From NCBI GenBank assembly GCA_031426555.1, contig JANPLN010000047.1, positions 1 through 47,253 of the forward strand: DNA of 47,253 nucleotides, written 5' to 3'. The notes under the pieces were generated by a model. It saw nothing but the letters and a program-made list of their open reading frames with translations, was not told the origin of the DNA and ran no database searches. A program made the translations under genes and the position numbers. This DNA comes from Bdellovibrionales bacterium (lineage in GTDB: Bacteria; Bdellovibrionota; Bdellovibrionia; Bdellovibrionales; JAGQZY01). Shown piece after piece: positions 17,361 to 26,744 of the stretch (positions are counted from its first letter, which is position 1; each line of letters begins with the position of its first letter).

Positions 17361-17388
17361 TTGCATTTCAAAAAGATCGTTTTATATT
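17361..17388 (+). promoter_or_regulatory. Possible sigma70 promoter of the sodB operon
   Basis: TTGCAT-N16-TATATT upstream of the AAAGGAGG RBS. Confidence 0.35.
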
Positions 17389-17424
17389 GGAGGTCATTCA
17401 AACCTATCTTAAAGGAGGCCCCAA

Positions 17425-18003
17425 ATGGCTTTTACTCTTCCCGAACTTCCCTATTCGAAAGATGCGCTCGCTCCGACGATTTCTCCAGAAACCATCGAGT
17501 ACCACTACGGAAAACATCACAATGCCTACGTGACGAATCTTAACAATTTAGTCAAAGGAACCGAATTCGAATCCATGACTCTCGAAGAAATTATTAGAAA
17601 ATCACAAGGTGGAATTTTTAATAACGCCGCTCAAGTTTACAATCATACGTTCTATTGGAATTGCTTAAAACCTAAAGGCGGCGGCGAACCCACTGGCAAA
17701 CTTGCCGAAGCTATCACAAAAACATTTGGTTCCTTTGCGACTTTCAAAGAAAAATTTACGGCCGCTGCGCAAACACAATTTGGCAGTGGCTGGGCATGGC
17801 TTGTGCAAAATCCCGACGGCACTTTAACCATCGAACAAACTGCAAATGCCGGCTGCCCGCTGACAAAAAACCAAATGCCTCTTTTAACTTGCGACGTATG
17901 GGAACATGCTTATTACATCGACTATCGCAACGCTCGCCCCACCTACATCGAAGCTTTTTGGAAATTAGTAAACTGGGACTTTGCCGCAAAACAACTGAAG
18001 TAA
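17425..18003 (+). CDS. sodB: Superoxide dismutase [Fe]
   Basis: [43 protein letters not shown]. Confidence 0.96.
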   Translation: MAFTLPELPYSKDALAPTISPETIEYHYGKHHNAYVTNLNNLVKGTEFESMTLEEIIRKSQGGIFNNAAQVYNHTFYWNCLKPKGGGEPTGKLAEAITKTFGSFATFKEKFTAAAQTQFGSGWAWLVQNPDGTLTIEQTANAGCPLTKNQMPLLTCDVWEHAYYIDYRNARPTYIEAFWKLVNWDFAAKQLK

Positions 18004-18006
18004 CGT

Positions 18007-18963
18007 ATGAATTTTGAACTCCGTTCTCAGAGTTTTGTGCCCTGCTCTCCAGAGCTTTTCTTTCGCTCCACCAAGACGCAAGACCCGCGTCTTGGTGAAT
18101 TCGTGAACACAACGGACGACCCTAGCCTGCAGCGCTATGTGATTGCTGGATACCCCGATGACGAGGGCATTCAAATTAACGGCGGCCGCGTTGGCGCGAA
18201 GCTGGCCCCGGATACAATTCGAAAGTACTTCTACAAAACCACACCCACGTCGCCGGCTCCCACTTTTGCTATTTGCGATATTGGTAACCTAAAAATCACG
18301 GGAACCCTTGAGCAGCGGCATCAACTCGTTAAAGACGAATCACTTAAAAATTTAAACGCTCGTTCAACATGGATTGGTTTGGGCGGTGGTCATGACTACG
18401 GCTACTCAGATGGAGCTGGCTTTTTGCTCAGCTGCCAAAACGAAAAGTATAAACCTTTGGTGATCAATTTCGACGCTCATTTGGATGTGCGCTCTACGGA
18501 TCAAGGGTTTTCCAGCGGCACACCTTTCTATCGTTTGCTCACCGACAGCTCCCTTCCCGCTTTTGATTTTGTCGAAGTTGGTATTCAACGGCAATGCAAC
18601 AGTCCTCATCATGTGGAATGGTTGTTGCAAAAAACACCTCACGTTTACTTTTTTGACGACCTTTCAGTGGACAACAGCTGGTGGCAAAACCTTTACAGTC
18701 GCTTAGCGCCGCTGCTGGTTCAGAAACGTCCCACCTACCTCAGCATTGATATCGACGGTTTTAGCAACGCCTGGGCACCGGGTTGCAGTCAAAGCTGGGC
18801 CACGGGATTTGATCCTATCGGCTTTATGACTTTGTTGGGATTATTAAAAAAACGTCTCGATATTCGCAGCTTCGGAATTTACGAAGTGTCTCCGCCGCTG
18901 GATATTGACGATCGAACCTCCAAACTTGCCGCTCTTTTGCTGCACCATTTTATGCATGTCTAA
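18007..18963 (+). CDS. hutG: Formimidoylglutamase (arginase family)
   Basis: DEGI..NGGRVGA..AP, GGGHD, NFDAHLDVR, SSGTPF, SIDIDG...APGCS. Confidence 0.85.
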   Translation: MNFELRSQSFVPCSPELFFRSTKTQDPRLGEFVNTTDDPSLQRYVIAGYPDDEGIQINGGRVGAKLAPDTIRKYFYKTTPTSPAPTFAICDIGNLKITGTLEQRHQLVKDESLKNLNARSTWIGLGGGHDYGYSDGAGFLLSCQNEKYKPLVINFDAHLDVRSTDQGFSSGTPFYRLLTDSSLPAFDFVEVGIQRQCNSPHHVEWLLQKTPHVYFFDDLSVDNSWWQNLYSRLAPLLVQKRPTYLSIDIDGFSNAWAPGCSQSWATGFDPIGFMTLLGLLKKRLDIRSFGIYEVSPPLDIDDRTSKLAALLLHHFMHV

Positions 18964-19993
18964 AGTTAGTTTTGGCAGCGATAATCATTCGGGAGTCCAT
19001 CCGCAAATCCTTGCCAGTATGTTTTCGCCGCAACTTTCCGCCACTGAAAAATATGCGCCAAGCTACGACACCGACGAAGACTCTACAAAATTAAAAAAAT
19101 GGATTCAAAAAAACTGGGGCGCCGTGGACTCTCACATGGTCTTTAACGGCACGGCGGCTAACGTCTTAGCGCTGTCGTCAGCACTGCGCTCCCATCAGGC
19201 TGTACTTTGCGCCGATATTGCTCACCTCAACATGGATGAGTGTGGTGCTCCGGAAAAATTTGTCGGCGCAAAATTGATTTCAGTTCCTCACCGCGATGGT
19301 AAAATTCCAGTTTTAGAAATTGCAAATTATCTGATTCGTCGTGGTGATCAGCACGCCAGCCAAATAAAAATGATTTCTATCACCCAACCCACCGAACTAG
19401 GCACCGTTTACTCGCTGGATGAACTCAAGGCCTTAAGGCAATTTTGCGATCGAGAAAAGCTCTTTCTGCATATCGATGGTGCCCGCCTCGCCAATGCCTG
19501 CGTGTATCTGCAGTGTGATTTTGCTGAGCTTTTAAAATACGCCGACGTTGCCAGCGTGGGTGGAACTAAAAATGGTCTACTCTTTGGTGAGTTGGTCGTT
19601 TTTATGAATTCTCAATTGAATCAGGATTTTAAATTTTTGCGCAAGCAAGCCATGCAACTTCCTTCGAAAACTCGCTTTATGGCAAAAGCGTTTTTAGCTT
19701 ATCTCGAAACCGGACTGTGGCACGAAATCGCGACGCATCAGTGTGCACTGGCGCGCAACCTTGCGGAGCAAATCTCCCCCTTCCTTGTGCCCAATTACCC
19801 CGTGGAGTCCAACGCCGTTTTTTGCTGTATTCCCAAAAATCTTGTAAAACCACTTCGCGAAGAGTTCTTTTTTTACGTCTGGGACGAGCTGACTTTTGAA
19901 TGCCGCCTCATGACATCGTTCTGTACAACCCAAGAAGAGATTGACCTCTTTGCCGCAAAGCTTAAAACACACTTATCTAGAGGTGACTCATGA
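18956..19993 (+). CDS. ltaE: Low-specificity L-threonine aldolase (PLP)
   Basis: FGSDN, FNGTAAN, DECGAPE, TQPTELGTVY, HIDGARL, GGTKNG; ATG 18956 overlaps the end of hutG. Confidence 0.88.
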   Translation: MSKVSFGSDNHSGVHPQILASMFSPQLSATEKYAPSYDTDEDSTKLKKWIQKNWGAVDSHMVFNGTAANVLALSSALRSHQAVLCADIAHLNMDECGAPEKFVGAKLISVPHRDGKIPVLEIANYLIRRGDQHASQIKMISITQPTELGTVYSLDELKALRQFCDREKLFLHIDGARLANACVYLQCDFAELLKYADVASVGGTKNGLLFGELVVFMNSQLNQDFKFLRKQAMQLPSKTRFMAKAFLAYLETGLWHEIATHQCALARNLAEQISPFLVPNYPVESNAVFCCIPKNLVKPLREEFFFYVWDELTFECRLMTSFCTTQEEIDLFAAKLKTHLSRGDS

Positions 19994-21066
19994 AAAAACC
20001 TTATCCCAAGGTCAATTACGCCGAATATCTAAGAGTTGATCAGATTATCAACTTACAACATCCCAAAAGCGTGGAGTATGGAAAGCCCGCCCACGACGAA
20101 ATGCTTTTCGTGATCGTGCATCAGGTTTACGAACTCTGGTTTAAACAAATTCTTTGGGAAATCGACAGTGCTCTTTCGTTGTTTTCCCAGCCGAGCATCG
20201 ACGAAGGCCATATGCTAAAAATGGTCAGTCGCTTTCAACGGATCATCGAAATTCAGAAACTTTTGATTCAACAGGTGGATGTTTTAGAAACCATGACACC
20301 AATGGACTTTCTAGAATTTCGTGAGTTCTTATACCCCGCTTCAGGCTTTCAAAGTCACCAGTTCCGCTTGATCGAAAACAAACTTGGTCTCATTCGGCGA
20401 CTTAAGTTTAACAACGAAGATTATAAAAATTTGCTGGCCGAGCACGAAAAACCCGTGGTCGCCAAAGCCGAAGCCTCGCCGAATCTATTTGAGTGTTTAG
20501 AAAAGTGGTTAGAACGGACACCGTTTATCACGACCGACACATTTAATTTTTGGCAAAGCTACCGCGAAAAAGTAAATACGATGTTCGACGAAAACGAGAC
20601 GGCCGTGAAAGATGCGAAGCTCGACAAAGCCAGCGAAGAACAACATCTCTCGGGCATTGAATCCTCGCGCGAAAGCTTCCAGGCTATTTTTGATGAGCAA
20701 GCCTACAAAAAAATGCAGGACAACGGTTTGTGGCGCTTAAGTCACAAAGCCCTGCAAGCCGCCTTATTTGTCCAGCTGTATCGCGATGAGCCCCTTCTCC
20801 AGGCCCCGTTTCATCTGATCACCTGCTTACAAAACATCGACGAAAACTTCACGCAGTGGCGGCAGCGTCATGCCCAAATGGCGCACAGAATGTTGGGCGC
20901 GAAAATGGGAACCGGTGGCTCTTCGGGCCACAAGTATTTGGCAGCCGCGGCCGACAAACATAAAGTGTTCACAGATTTATTTAACTTGAGCACTTTTTTG
21001 ATTCCCAAATCACAGCTTCCTGAGCTCCCTCAGGATCTCAAAAAGAAGCTGCGCTTTCAGTATTAG
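19990..21066 (+). CDS. kynA: Tryptophan 2,3-dioxygenase
   Basis: HDEMLFVIVHQVYELWFKQ, LETMTPMDFLEFR..L.PASGFQS.QFR.IE, GTGGSSG. Confidence 0.93.
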   Translation: MKKPYPKVNYAEYLRVDQIINLQHPKSVEYGKPAHDEMLFVIVHQVYELWFKQILWEIDSALSLFSQPSIDEGHMLKMVSRFQRIIEIQKLLIQQVDVLETMTPMDFLEFREFLYPASGFQSHQFRLIENKLGLIRRLKFNNEDYKNLLAEHEKPVVAKAEASPNLFECLEKWLERTPFITTDTFNFWQSYREKVNTMFDENETAVKDAKLDKASEEQHLSGIESSRESFQAIFDEQAYKKMQDNGLWRLSHKALQAALFVQLYRDEPLLQAPFHLITCLQNIDENFTQWRQRHAQMAHRMLGAKMGTGGSSGHKYLAAAADKHKVFTDLFNLSTFLIPKSQLPELPQDLKKKLRFQY

Positions 21067-21092
21067 GTCCTTTGCTGCGCTCAAGATGACGG
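21065..21092 (-). repeat. CGTC-tagged REP-like palindromic repeat, copy 1
   Basis: AGGTCCTTTGCTGCGCTCAAGATGACGG; 26/28 identical to 40073-40100; lies between convergent genes. Confidence 0.8.
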
Positions 21093-21106
21093 CGGACGAT
21101 GATCCG

Positions 21107-22087
21107 CTACTGCAAAATCACGGGGTCGGCGACGGGATTCTCAACGGCTGGAGCCGTTTGTGGCGCTGCTGGAGCTGGAACTGTCTCGACGACTTGCCCG
21201 CCAATGGCACACCATTGTTGGTGCCGCGCTAACATCTCTGGATTGAACTCCACCAAAAAGTTTTGCCCACGCGCCTGGATGGCTAAGCGGTTTTCGGCAA
21301 AAACATTCTTCTGATGGTTACCATTGACGGCACTGACAGCATCATTTCCCGTGCGGTCGCGATCGCGGTTACGATCTATCCGTCGAAACACAACCTCGCT
21401 GGGTGTATTCCCATCGACTGCCCCGAGTTCAAGCTCTTCGGTCACGGCACCCGAAGTCAGAGACAACTTGTATCGCGGCTCCAGACCCTTGCACGAATAG
21501 GTCACTCTGGGATTCAGTGTGGTTTCGTTATGCGAAAAGCGAGTGATGGGAGAACTTGTGAGATGATTCATCTGACAGGTTTCTCCAGACGCAGGTGTGC
21601 CACCCACAGTGAGAGGCTTATTTAGGCGACTGCAAGTCTCCCGCAGACTCGTGAGGTTGGCGAGTTCGAATTTATAATCGACGGAGAAGTTGTTAAAAGC
21701 CAAACGCAACCGATTTTGGTTCGCAACGTTATTCGCAGCCGGAAAGGTTATGACATTTGTATTCGTAACCGTACCTTGTTCGTTTTTCGAGACGAAAATC
21801 GCATTTCCCGTCTGACCTGCGGGCGGCAAAGTAAACACGATGGCGCGTCCGTTGGGATGTATGGTGTTGAGGGCCACAACTCCCTGATGACAGGTCAGCT
21901 GAGCACTCAAAAGCGTTGCGTCCGTGGCCACAGTGGATTCAGTCCGTTGAATTATATTGGCCGCGGGCAAGGAGCATTCAGACGGAACCGAGGGGACATT
22001 GGCAATGTCTCTTTTGCCCGAGGTCATGCTGCTACAACCGATCAAAAATAAAAAACTTCCGGCTACTAATAACTGAGCTAACTTCAT
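21107..22087 (-). CDS. Hypothetical lipoprotein with internal two-domain duplication
   Basis: Lipobox LIGC; two Cys-flanked beta-rich halves each containing NRL; AGGGGG RBS. Confidence 0.75.
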   Translation of the reverse strand: MKLAQLLVAGSFLFLIGCSSMTSGKRDIANVPSVPSECSLPAANIIQRTESTVATDATLLSAQLTCHQGVVALNTIHPNGRAIVFTLPPAGQTGNAIFVSKNEQGTVTNTNVITFPAANNVANQNRLRLAFNNFSVDYKFELANLTSLRETCSRLNKPLTVGGTPASGETCQMNHLTSSPITRFSHNETTLNPRVTYSCKGLEPRYKLSLTSGAVTEELELGAVDGNTPSEVVFRRIDRNRDRDRTGNDAVSAVNGNHQKNVFAENRLAIQARGQNFLVEFNPEMLARHQQWCAIGGQVVETVPAPAAPQTAPAVENPVADPVILQ

Positions 22088-22253
22088 GGAACCCCCTGCT
22101 TTTATCTAATCTATCTGACGCCTAACACAAAAGATATACGACCAAGGAATAGGTCTAATGATTAATCAATGAGCTCATCCTAACACAATCCTGACAATTT
22201 CCTTGACCAAAGGCGTATTTTTGCATGCAATAGAAAAAGGTAGGGGGAGATTG

Positions 22254-22709
22254 ATGGTAGCAATCGTTTTAAGTTCGATAATCGGAAAACTGTTACTCGC
22301 TCTGTCAGCGGCGCTTCCGTTGGCCCATGGCCTGGAGGGACACTTCGCCTTTCAAGGACAGCAACAACTGCTTTCCGCGGACGTTGAATCGGAATTCTTA
22401 GTCAATTTGTTCACCCCCAAAACTCGCGACGTTACATTTGGCGCCGTTCATTCTCTCACTACGCAGTTTGAAGGCGATAATTTGGTTCAATATGTGGCCA
22501 CTCAGCAAGTTCGTATCAATAATTTGCTTTTCGACAAAGCCACCTACTACGAATCTAAAGATTTTGTGAAAATTGCGATTGGTGATCCCGAAACTGAAAA
22601 CTACTTTACGTTTACAGTTGGCAAGAATTCCATCTCGTCGATCGAAACCGTCAGTGAGTTGAATTATAAAACCCACTGGGTGGAATCTACGTTGCAGCAA
22701 ACGCTGTAA
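22254..22709 (+). CDS. Hypothetical secreted/membrane protein
   Basis: GGGGGAG RBS before TTG/ATG at 22251/22254; hydrophobic N-terminus, beta-rich body. Confidence 0.65.
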   Translation: MVAIVLSSIIGKLLLALSAALPLAHGLEGHFAFQGQQQLLSADVESEFLVNLFTPKTRDVTFGAVHSLTTQFEGDNLVQYVATQQVRINNLLFDKATYYESKDFVKIAIGDPETENYFTFTVGKNSISSIETVSELNYKTHWVESTLQQTL

Positions 22710-22732
22710 TTTTTCAGCCCGAGTGTGATCGC

Positions 22733-23245
22733 TTAAAGCTTTTCGACAAAGCCCCAAACTTCGGCCACATGGCCCAGTACTTTTACACTGCGCCATTCGC
22801 GAACCACTTTACCATCCTGAACGACGAACGTGCTGCGGTCCAAACCAAGATACTCACGACCGTACATACTTTTCATTTTCATCACATCAAAGATTTTGCA
22901 CAGGACTTCTTCGGGATCGCTAATAAGATCAAACTGAAACTGAAACTTCGCTTTAAAACCCTCATGGGATTTGACCGAATCGCGCGACACGCCGTAAACC
23001 GCAACACCCTTCTTTTTAAACTTTAAATACTCATCGCGAAAGTTTTCGCCCTCTGCCGTGCAACCGCTCGTGTTGTCTTTAGGATAAAAGAAAATCACGA
23101 CGACTTTATCTTTGAGGTCGGAGGCAGTGATAGTTTGATTCCCTGTCATCGCCAGGTTGAACGCTGGAATCTTTTTTCCTACGAGAGAGCTCTCCGGAGC
23201 TGATTTTTTTAGGGCTGTTTTTTTAGCTATTTTTTTTACTGGCAT
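22733..23245 (-). CDS. bcp: Peroxiredoxin (BCP/PrxQ)
   Basis: FFYPKDNTSGCT.E, GVSRDS..SH..F, LISDP, RSTF; ATG 23245 after GGAGAG. Confidence 0.92.
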   Translation of the reverse strand: MPVKKIAKKTALKKSAPESSLVGKKIPAFNLAMTGNQTITASDLKDKVVVIFFYPKDNTSGCTAEGENFRDEYLKFKKKGVAVYGVSRDSVKSHEGFKAKFQFQFDLISDPEEVLCKIFDVMKMKSMYGREYLGLDRSTFVVQDGKVVREWRSVKVLGHVAEVWGFVEKL

Positions 23246-23273
23246 AATGTTTCTCTCCACGATAAAAAATGCT

Positions 23274-24275
23274 GTGATCAAGAAATATAGCTTAACTCAG
23301 GAATTTCAAGAGAAAATTCAAAAGGCTCTCGAAAGTTTGGGGTATTCCCTCGCAGAGCCGCAAAAAATCGCAAAGTGCGTTCTCAAGCTTTCCGACCACT
23401 ATCAGCAAACACGGCAAACCACACCTTGGAGTGATCCCGACTGCGTAGCCGCACAACTTGCCTATTTTTTGCCTCTAAACGTCATCCGTAACCAAAGGGT
23501 TTTCAACGAAGCCAACGTTCTTCAGTTTCCAAGCTCCGCGGAAATTTTTTTGGATTACGGCGTTGGCCTTGGCCCCACGCACCAAGCCCTTCTGGAGTCC
23601 CCTTGGTGGAGCCATAAAAAATCCTATGCCGCCCTCGATCAGTCGCAAAAAGTACTGGATTTGTTTACGCAGCTTTTTCAGCCGTCGCCGCTGCAAAAAT
23701 GGTCTCCTTCTATGGCGGCCAAAACCTGCGCCGCATTTTCTTATTCTCTGAATGAACTCCTCGAGCCGCCGCCATGGTTTTGGAATTTGGCTGAAATCAT
23801 GATTATCGAGCCCTCCACTGGCGACAAAGGTCGAAAACTGATGCAACTCCGCTCGCAACTCATCGATCGAGGCTACACGATCTGGGCACCCTGCACGCAC
23901 CAGGAAGCCTGTCCTCTTCTCACGCAGTCAAAAAAAGATTGGTGCCATGATCGAACGCACTGGGAGCAGCCGGAATGGTTTCAGAAAATCGAAAAATATT
24001 TGCCGATCAAAAATAACACTCTCACTTTTTCTTATCTTCTCGCCAGCACAACGCCTCAGCCATCACGCGATCAGGGGCGCATTGTGGGAGATCCTCTTAT
24101 CGAAAAAGGAAAGGTCCGTTGGCTATACTGCCAAGGTCCCGAACGAGAATTTTTATCGTGGCTCAACAAACAGGGCTCATCACCCGACTGGCAACGAGGC
24201 GAGTTGCTTCCCTCTCGCTCGTTTGTAAAAAAAGGCAACGAACTGAGATTCACTCGTGATGTAAAAGAAAGCTAA
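23274..24275 (+). CDS. Rsm22/METTL17-family SAM-dependent methyltransferase
   Basis: AYFLPLN, LDYGVGLG, IIEPST...LMQLR, APCTHQEACPL...WCH, FSYL; start uncertain. Confidence 0.82.
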   Translation: MIKKYSLTQEFQEKIQKALESLGYSLAEPQKIAKCVLKLSDHYQQTRQTTPWSDPDCVAAQLAYFLPLNVIRNQRVFNEANVLQFPSSAEIFLDYGVGLGPTHQALLESPWWSHKKSYAALDQSQKVLDLFTQLFQPSPLQKWSPSMAAKTCAAFSYSLNELLEPPPWFWNLAEIMIIEPSTGDKGRKLMQLRSQLIDRGYTIWAPCTHQEACPLLTQSKKDWCHDRTHWEQPEWFQKIEKYLPIKNNTLTFSYLLASTTPQPSRDQGRIVGDPLIEKGKVRWLYCQGPEREFLSWLNKQGSSPDWQRGELLPSRSFVKKGNELRFTRDVKES

Positions 24276-24286
24276 GCTTTAGAAAA

Positions 24287-25717
24287 CTAAACTTTGGTAA
24301 ATTCCAGGCTCGGTGGCATTGAAGAGCTTTGCGAGCGACGATTTTTAATTTGAATCGCAACGATTCCCAATGCTGCCATAGCAATCAATGCAATCGCCGC
24401 CACAGTTAAAACCGAATCATCGGCCGTTTGAACAGTGGGAACATTGCCAGACGCTGGCATTGACGGCATTTGATCGGACGAGATGGGCGCGCTGGAGTTG
24501 GACATGCTGGGGTCTTCGCTCGTCATTGCCATGGGCTCGGGCGAAGGCGGAATCTCTGGCAAAGTCTCTGGCTGCGGAGGGGCCGACTCTTTATCATTCA
24601 CCACACCTGCACCTGTGGTTTCTGTTCCAGAGGACGCGAGCGTCGTGGATGCGGGATCAAAGGCTTTAGGTTCCGTGCCACTCCAGTAACGAATTTTTAA
24701 GCCCGAGGGCAACTGTGCTTGCGTTTGCAAGGTATCATTTGTGGCCCATATTTCTTTCCAACCGTCTTCGTGTCCTAAAACATCACGACCGATCTTTTTG
24801 ATGTCGTCTCCCTTCCGGGTAAGGTAGTACTGAGGAGCCATTTTATTATCTTCGAAGTAAGTTAAAATGGTTCTCTTATCTTCGGGACGATTCGGCGACA
24901 GGTAATAAACCTTGTCCCCCGTTTCGATGCCCTTTGAAAGATGCGGATTGTCGGCAAAAAGCTGACTTGTTTTGTCTTCGTTGTAAATTTTCTGACTTAT
25001 AATCGCCAAGTCTTCATTGGGACGAACCACGTATACCGAGTTCATTAAACGCTCGTTGCGAAAAAACGGATCCTTGTTAATTTTGGCAAGCGGTACAATC
25101 TCTTGTGCTGCTTTCACTGAAGGAAGTGGCGGATCCACCTCGGCAACGAGCGGATCCGATACTCCAAGATCTTCTTGGGGCACTGGGGGATTGATAACTT
25201 CGAAACCATCCGACGAGAATTGGGATGGCGGCTCTTGAACGGCGGCAGCGCTCGGCACATCCGCTGAGTTGCCTCCGGCAGTTGCCATGGTATCTGGTTG
25301 GGCCAGCGGATCCACCGGCACGGGGGGCGGGTTTCCCGCAGGTGCTCCCTCGGGAGGTGGTGTTGCCGTGGCTATATTTTCTTTTTCGAGTTCGTTTTTT
25401 AAATCTTTTTCTTCAAGTTTGTCGGTATCTGTGGCTGGAGAATCCGAATCTTCCGCTAAAAAATCATCATCTTCAGCATCCACCCCGTCTGCATCTTGCG
25501 AATCTTCATCGGCAGTTTTGTCGCCGTCTTCCTCGGCGGCGTCACTGTCGCTCGAAGCGTCCTCCGCCACATCAGTGGGGCTCTCGGCATCTTCTGCCTC
25601 TTCAAGCTCAGAATCTAATTCGTCTTCGAAACCATCATTCTCAGATTCGTTGGTGGTGCAGGAGACTGCGATGGAAAATACAATAAAAAGTAGAGACAGA
25701 AAGCGAAGAAACTTCAT
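24287..25717 (-). CDS. Acidic/Pro-rich lipoprotein with two LysM-like domains and a C-terminal TM helix
   Basis: Lipobox AVSC; YVVRPNEDL..ISQKIY and YLTRKGDDIKKI...W..IWATN LysM-like repeats; TM VLTVAAIALIAMAALGIVAI followed by KNRR. Confidence 0.75.
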   Translation of the reverse strand: MKFLRFLSLLFIVFSIAVSCTTNESENDGFEDELDSELEEAEDAESPTDVAEDASSDSDAAEEDGDKTADEDSQDADGVDAEDDDFLAEDSDSPATDTDKLEEKDLKNELEKENIATATPPPEGAPAGNPPPVPVDPLAQPDTMATAGGNSADVPSAAAVQEPPSQFSSDGFEVINPPVPQEDLGVSDPLVAEVDPPLPSVKAAQEIVPLAKINKDPFFRNERLMNSVYVVRPNEDLAIISQKIYNEDKTSQLFADNPHLSKGIETGDKVYYLSPNRPEDKRTILTYFEDNKMAPQYYLTRKGDDIKKIGRDVLGHEDGWKEIWATNDTLQTQAQLPSGLKIRYWSGTEPKAFDPASTTLASSGTETTGAGVVNDKESAPPQPETLPEIPPSPEPMAMTSEDPSMSNSSAPISSDQMPSMPASGNVPTVQTADDSVLTVAAIALIAMAALGIVAIQIKNRRSQSSSMPPSLEFTKV

Positions 25718-25781
25718 CCTTATAGTTTAAGTGGTACAAAAAACAGACGCAATGAAAGCGAGTTCCCGAAGGAGCTAACAC

Positions 25782-26744
25782 CTACTTAAGTAGGTCTACC
25801 ACAAAGGCTCGAGCCACATCGCGAGGGTTTTTGCTGCCACTTGCGATCTTTTGGATGTCTTGAGCAAGACCTTTGTTGGTCTCGAGCCGAAACTCCATCT
25901 CTCGACGAAGGAACTGAACGATGTAATGATAGGTCCACAGAGACTCCTGCTTTTGACGTTTGTCGTTGATCTGTAATGAGGACTTTTTACTAAAATTTTC
26001 GATCCAACTGCAAAAATCTTCGATACCGAGATCGTACACCGCACTGGTTAACAGTACAGGAATTTCGGATTGTCGAAGGATATGCAACGACGACTTCAAC
26101 TGCTTTTCGGCAAGCTGCGCAGGAATTTTATTTTCACCGTCGTATTTATTAACGAGCACAAAATCAACTTTTTCTAAAATTCCACGTTTAATACCTTGTA
26201 AATCGTCACCCGTTCCAGACAATGCGACCAGCGTGTAAACATCCACCAGGTCGGCAACTTGCGACTCCGACTGCCCGACACCCACCGTTTCAACCAAAAT
26301 CACATCGTAACCTGCAAGTTCGCAAGCTTTGATCGCGTCGTGAGTGGCTACACTTACTCCGCCCAGGTGGCCGCGGCTTGGTGACGGTCGGATAAACGCA
26401 CTGTCGCTGGCCGATAGTTCTTCCATTCGTGTTTTATCACCCAAAACACTTCCCTTAGTTATTTCGCTGGAGGGATCAATGGCGAGAACCGCTACCTTGT
26501 GATTTTTTTTAATAAACGCGAGACCTATTTTTTCAATTAGTGAGCTTTTTCCAGCGCCCGGCGGGCCCGTAATGCCAACGCGAATGGTTGATATGTTTTT
26601 TGTCTCTTTAATCAGATGGCGTACCAATTCATCAACCACGGCTTGGTCGTCGCGGCGGTCGCTTTCTAAAAGTGTGATGGCTTTTGCTAAAGCCAAACGA
26701 CTGCCAGTTTTTATTTGCTCAATCAGTTCCAGAGCTCCACTCAT
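25782..26744 (-). CDS. meaB: Methylmalonyl-CoA mutase-associated GTPase
   Basis: [48 protein letters not shown]. Confidence 0.94.
   Translation of the reverse strand: MSGALELIEQIKTGSRLALAKAITLLESDRRDDQAVVDELVRHLIKETKNISTIRVGITGPPGAGKSSLIEKIGLAFIKKNHKVAVLAIDPSSEITKGSVLGDKTRMEELSASDSAFIRPSPSRGHLGGVSVATHDAIKACELAGYDVILVETVGVGQSESQVADLVDVYTLVALSGTGDDLQGIKRGILEKVDFVLVNKYDGENKIPAQLAEKQLKSSLHILRQSEIPVLLTSAVYDLGIEDFCSWIENFSKKSSLQINDKRQKQESLWTYHYIVQFLRREMEFRLETNKGLAQDIQKIASGSKNPRDVARAFVVDLLK

Noticed and set aside
17349..17370. Fur-box-like AT-rich stretch upstream of sodB
   Set aside because: Weak match to GATAATGATAATCATTATC in an AT-rich context; cannot be supported by eye.
22211..22225. sigma54-like AGGCGTATTTTTGCA before the 22254 gene
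   Set aside because: Spacing is GG-N9-GC rather than the required N10.
25225..25730. Long antisense ORFs (153 aa Ser-rich and Arg/His-rich) and similar short ORFs in the track
   Set aside because: Shadow frames of low-complexity or well-supported genes on the opposite strand; no independent motifs or RBS.
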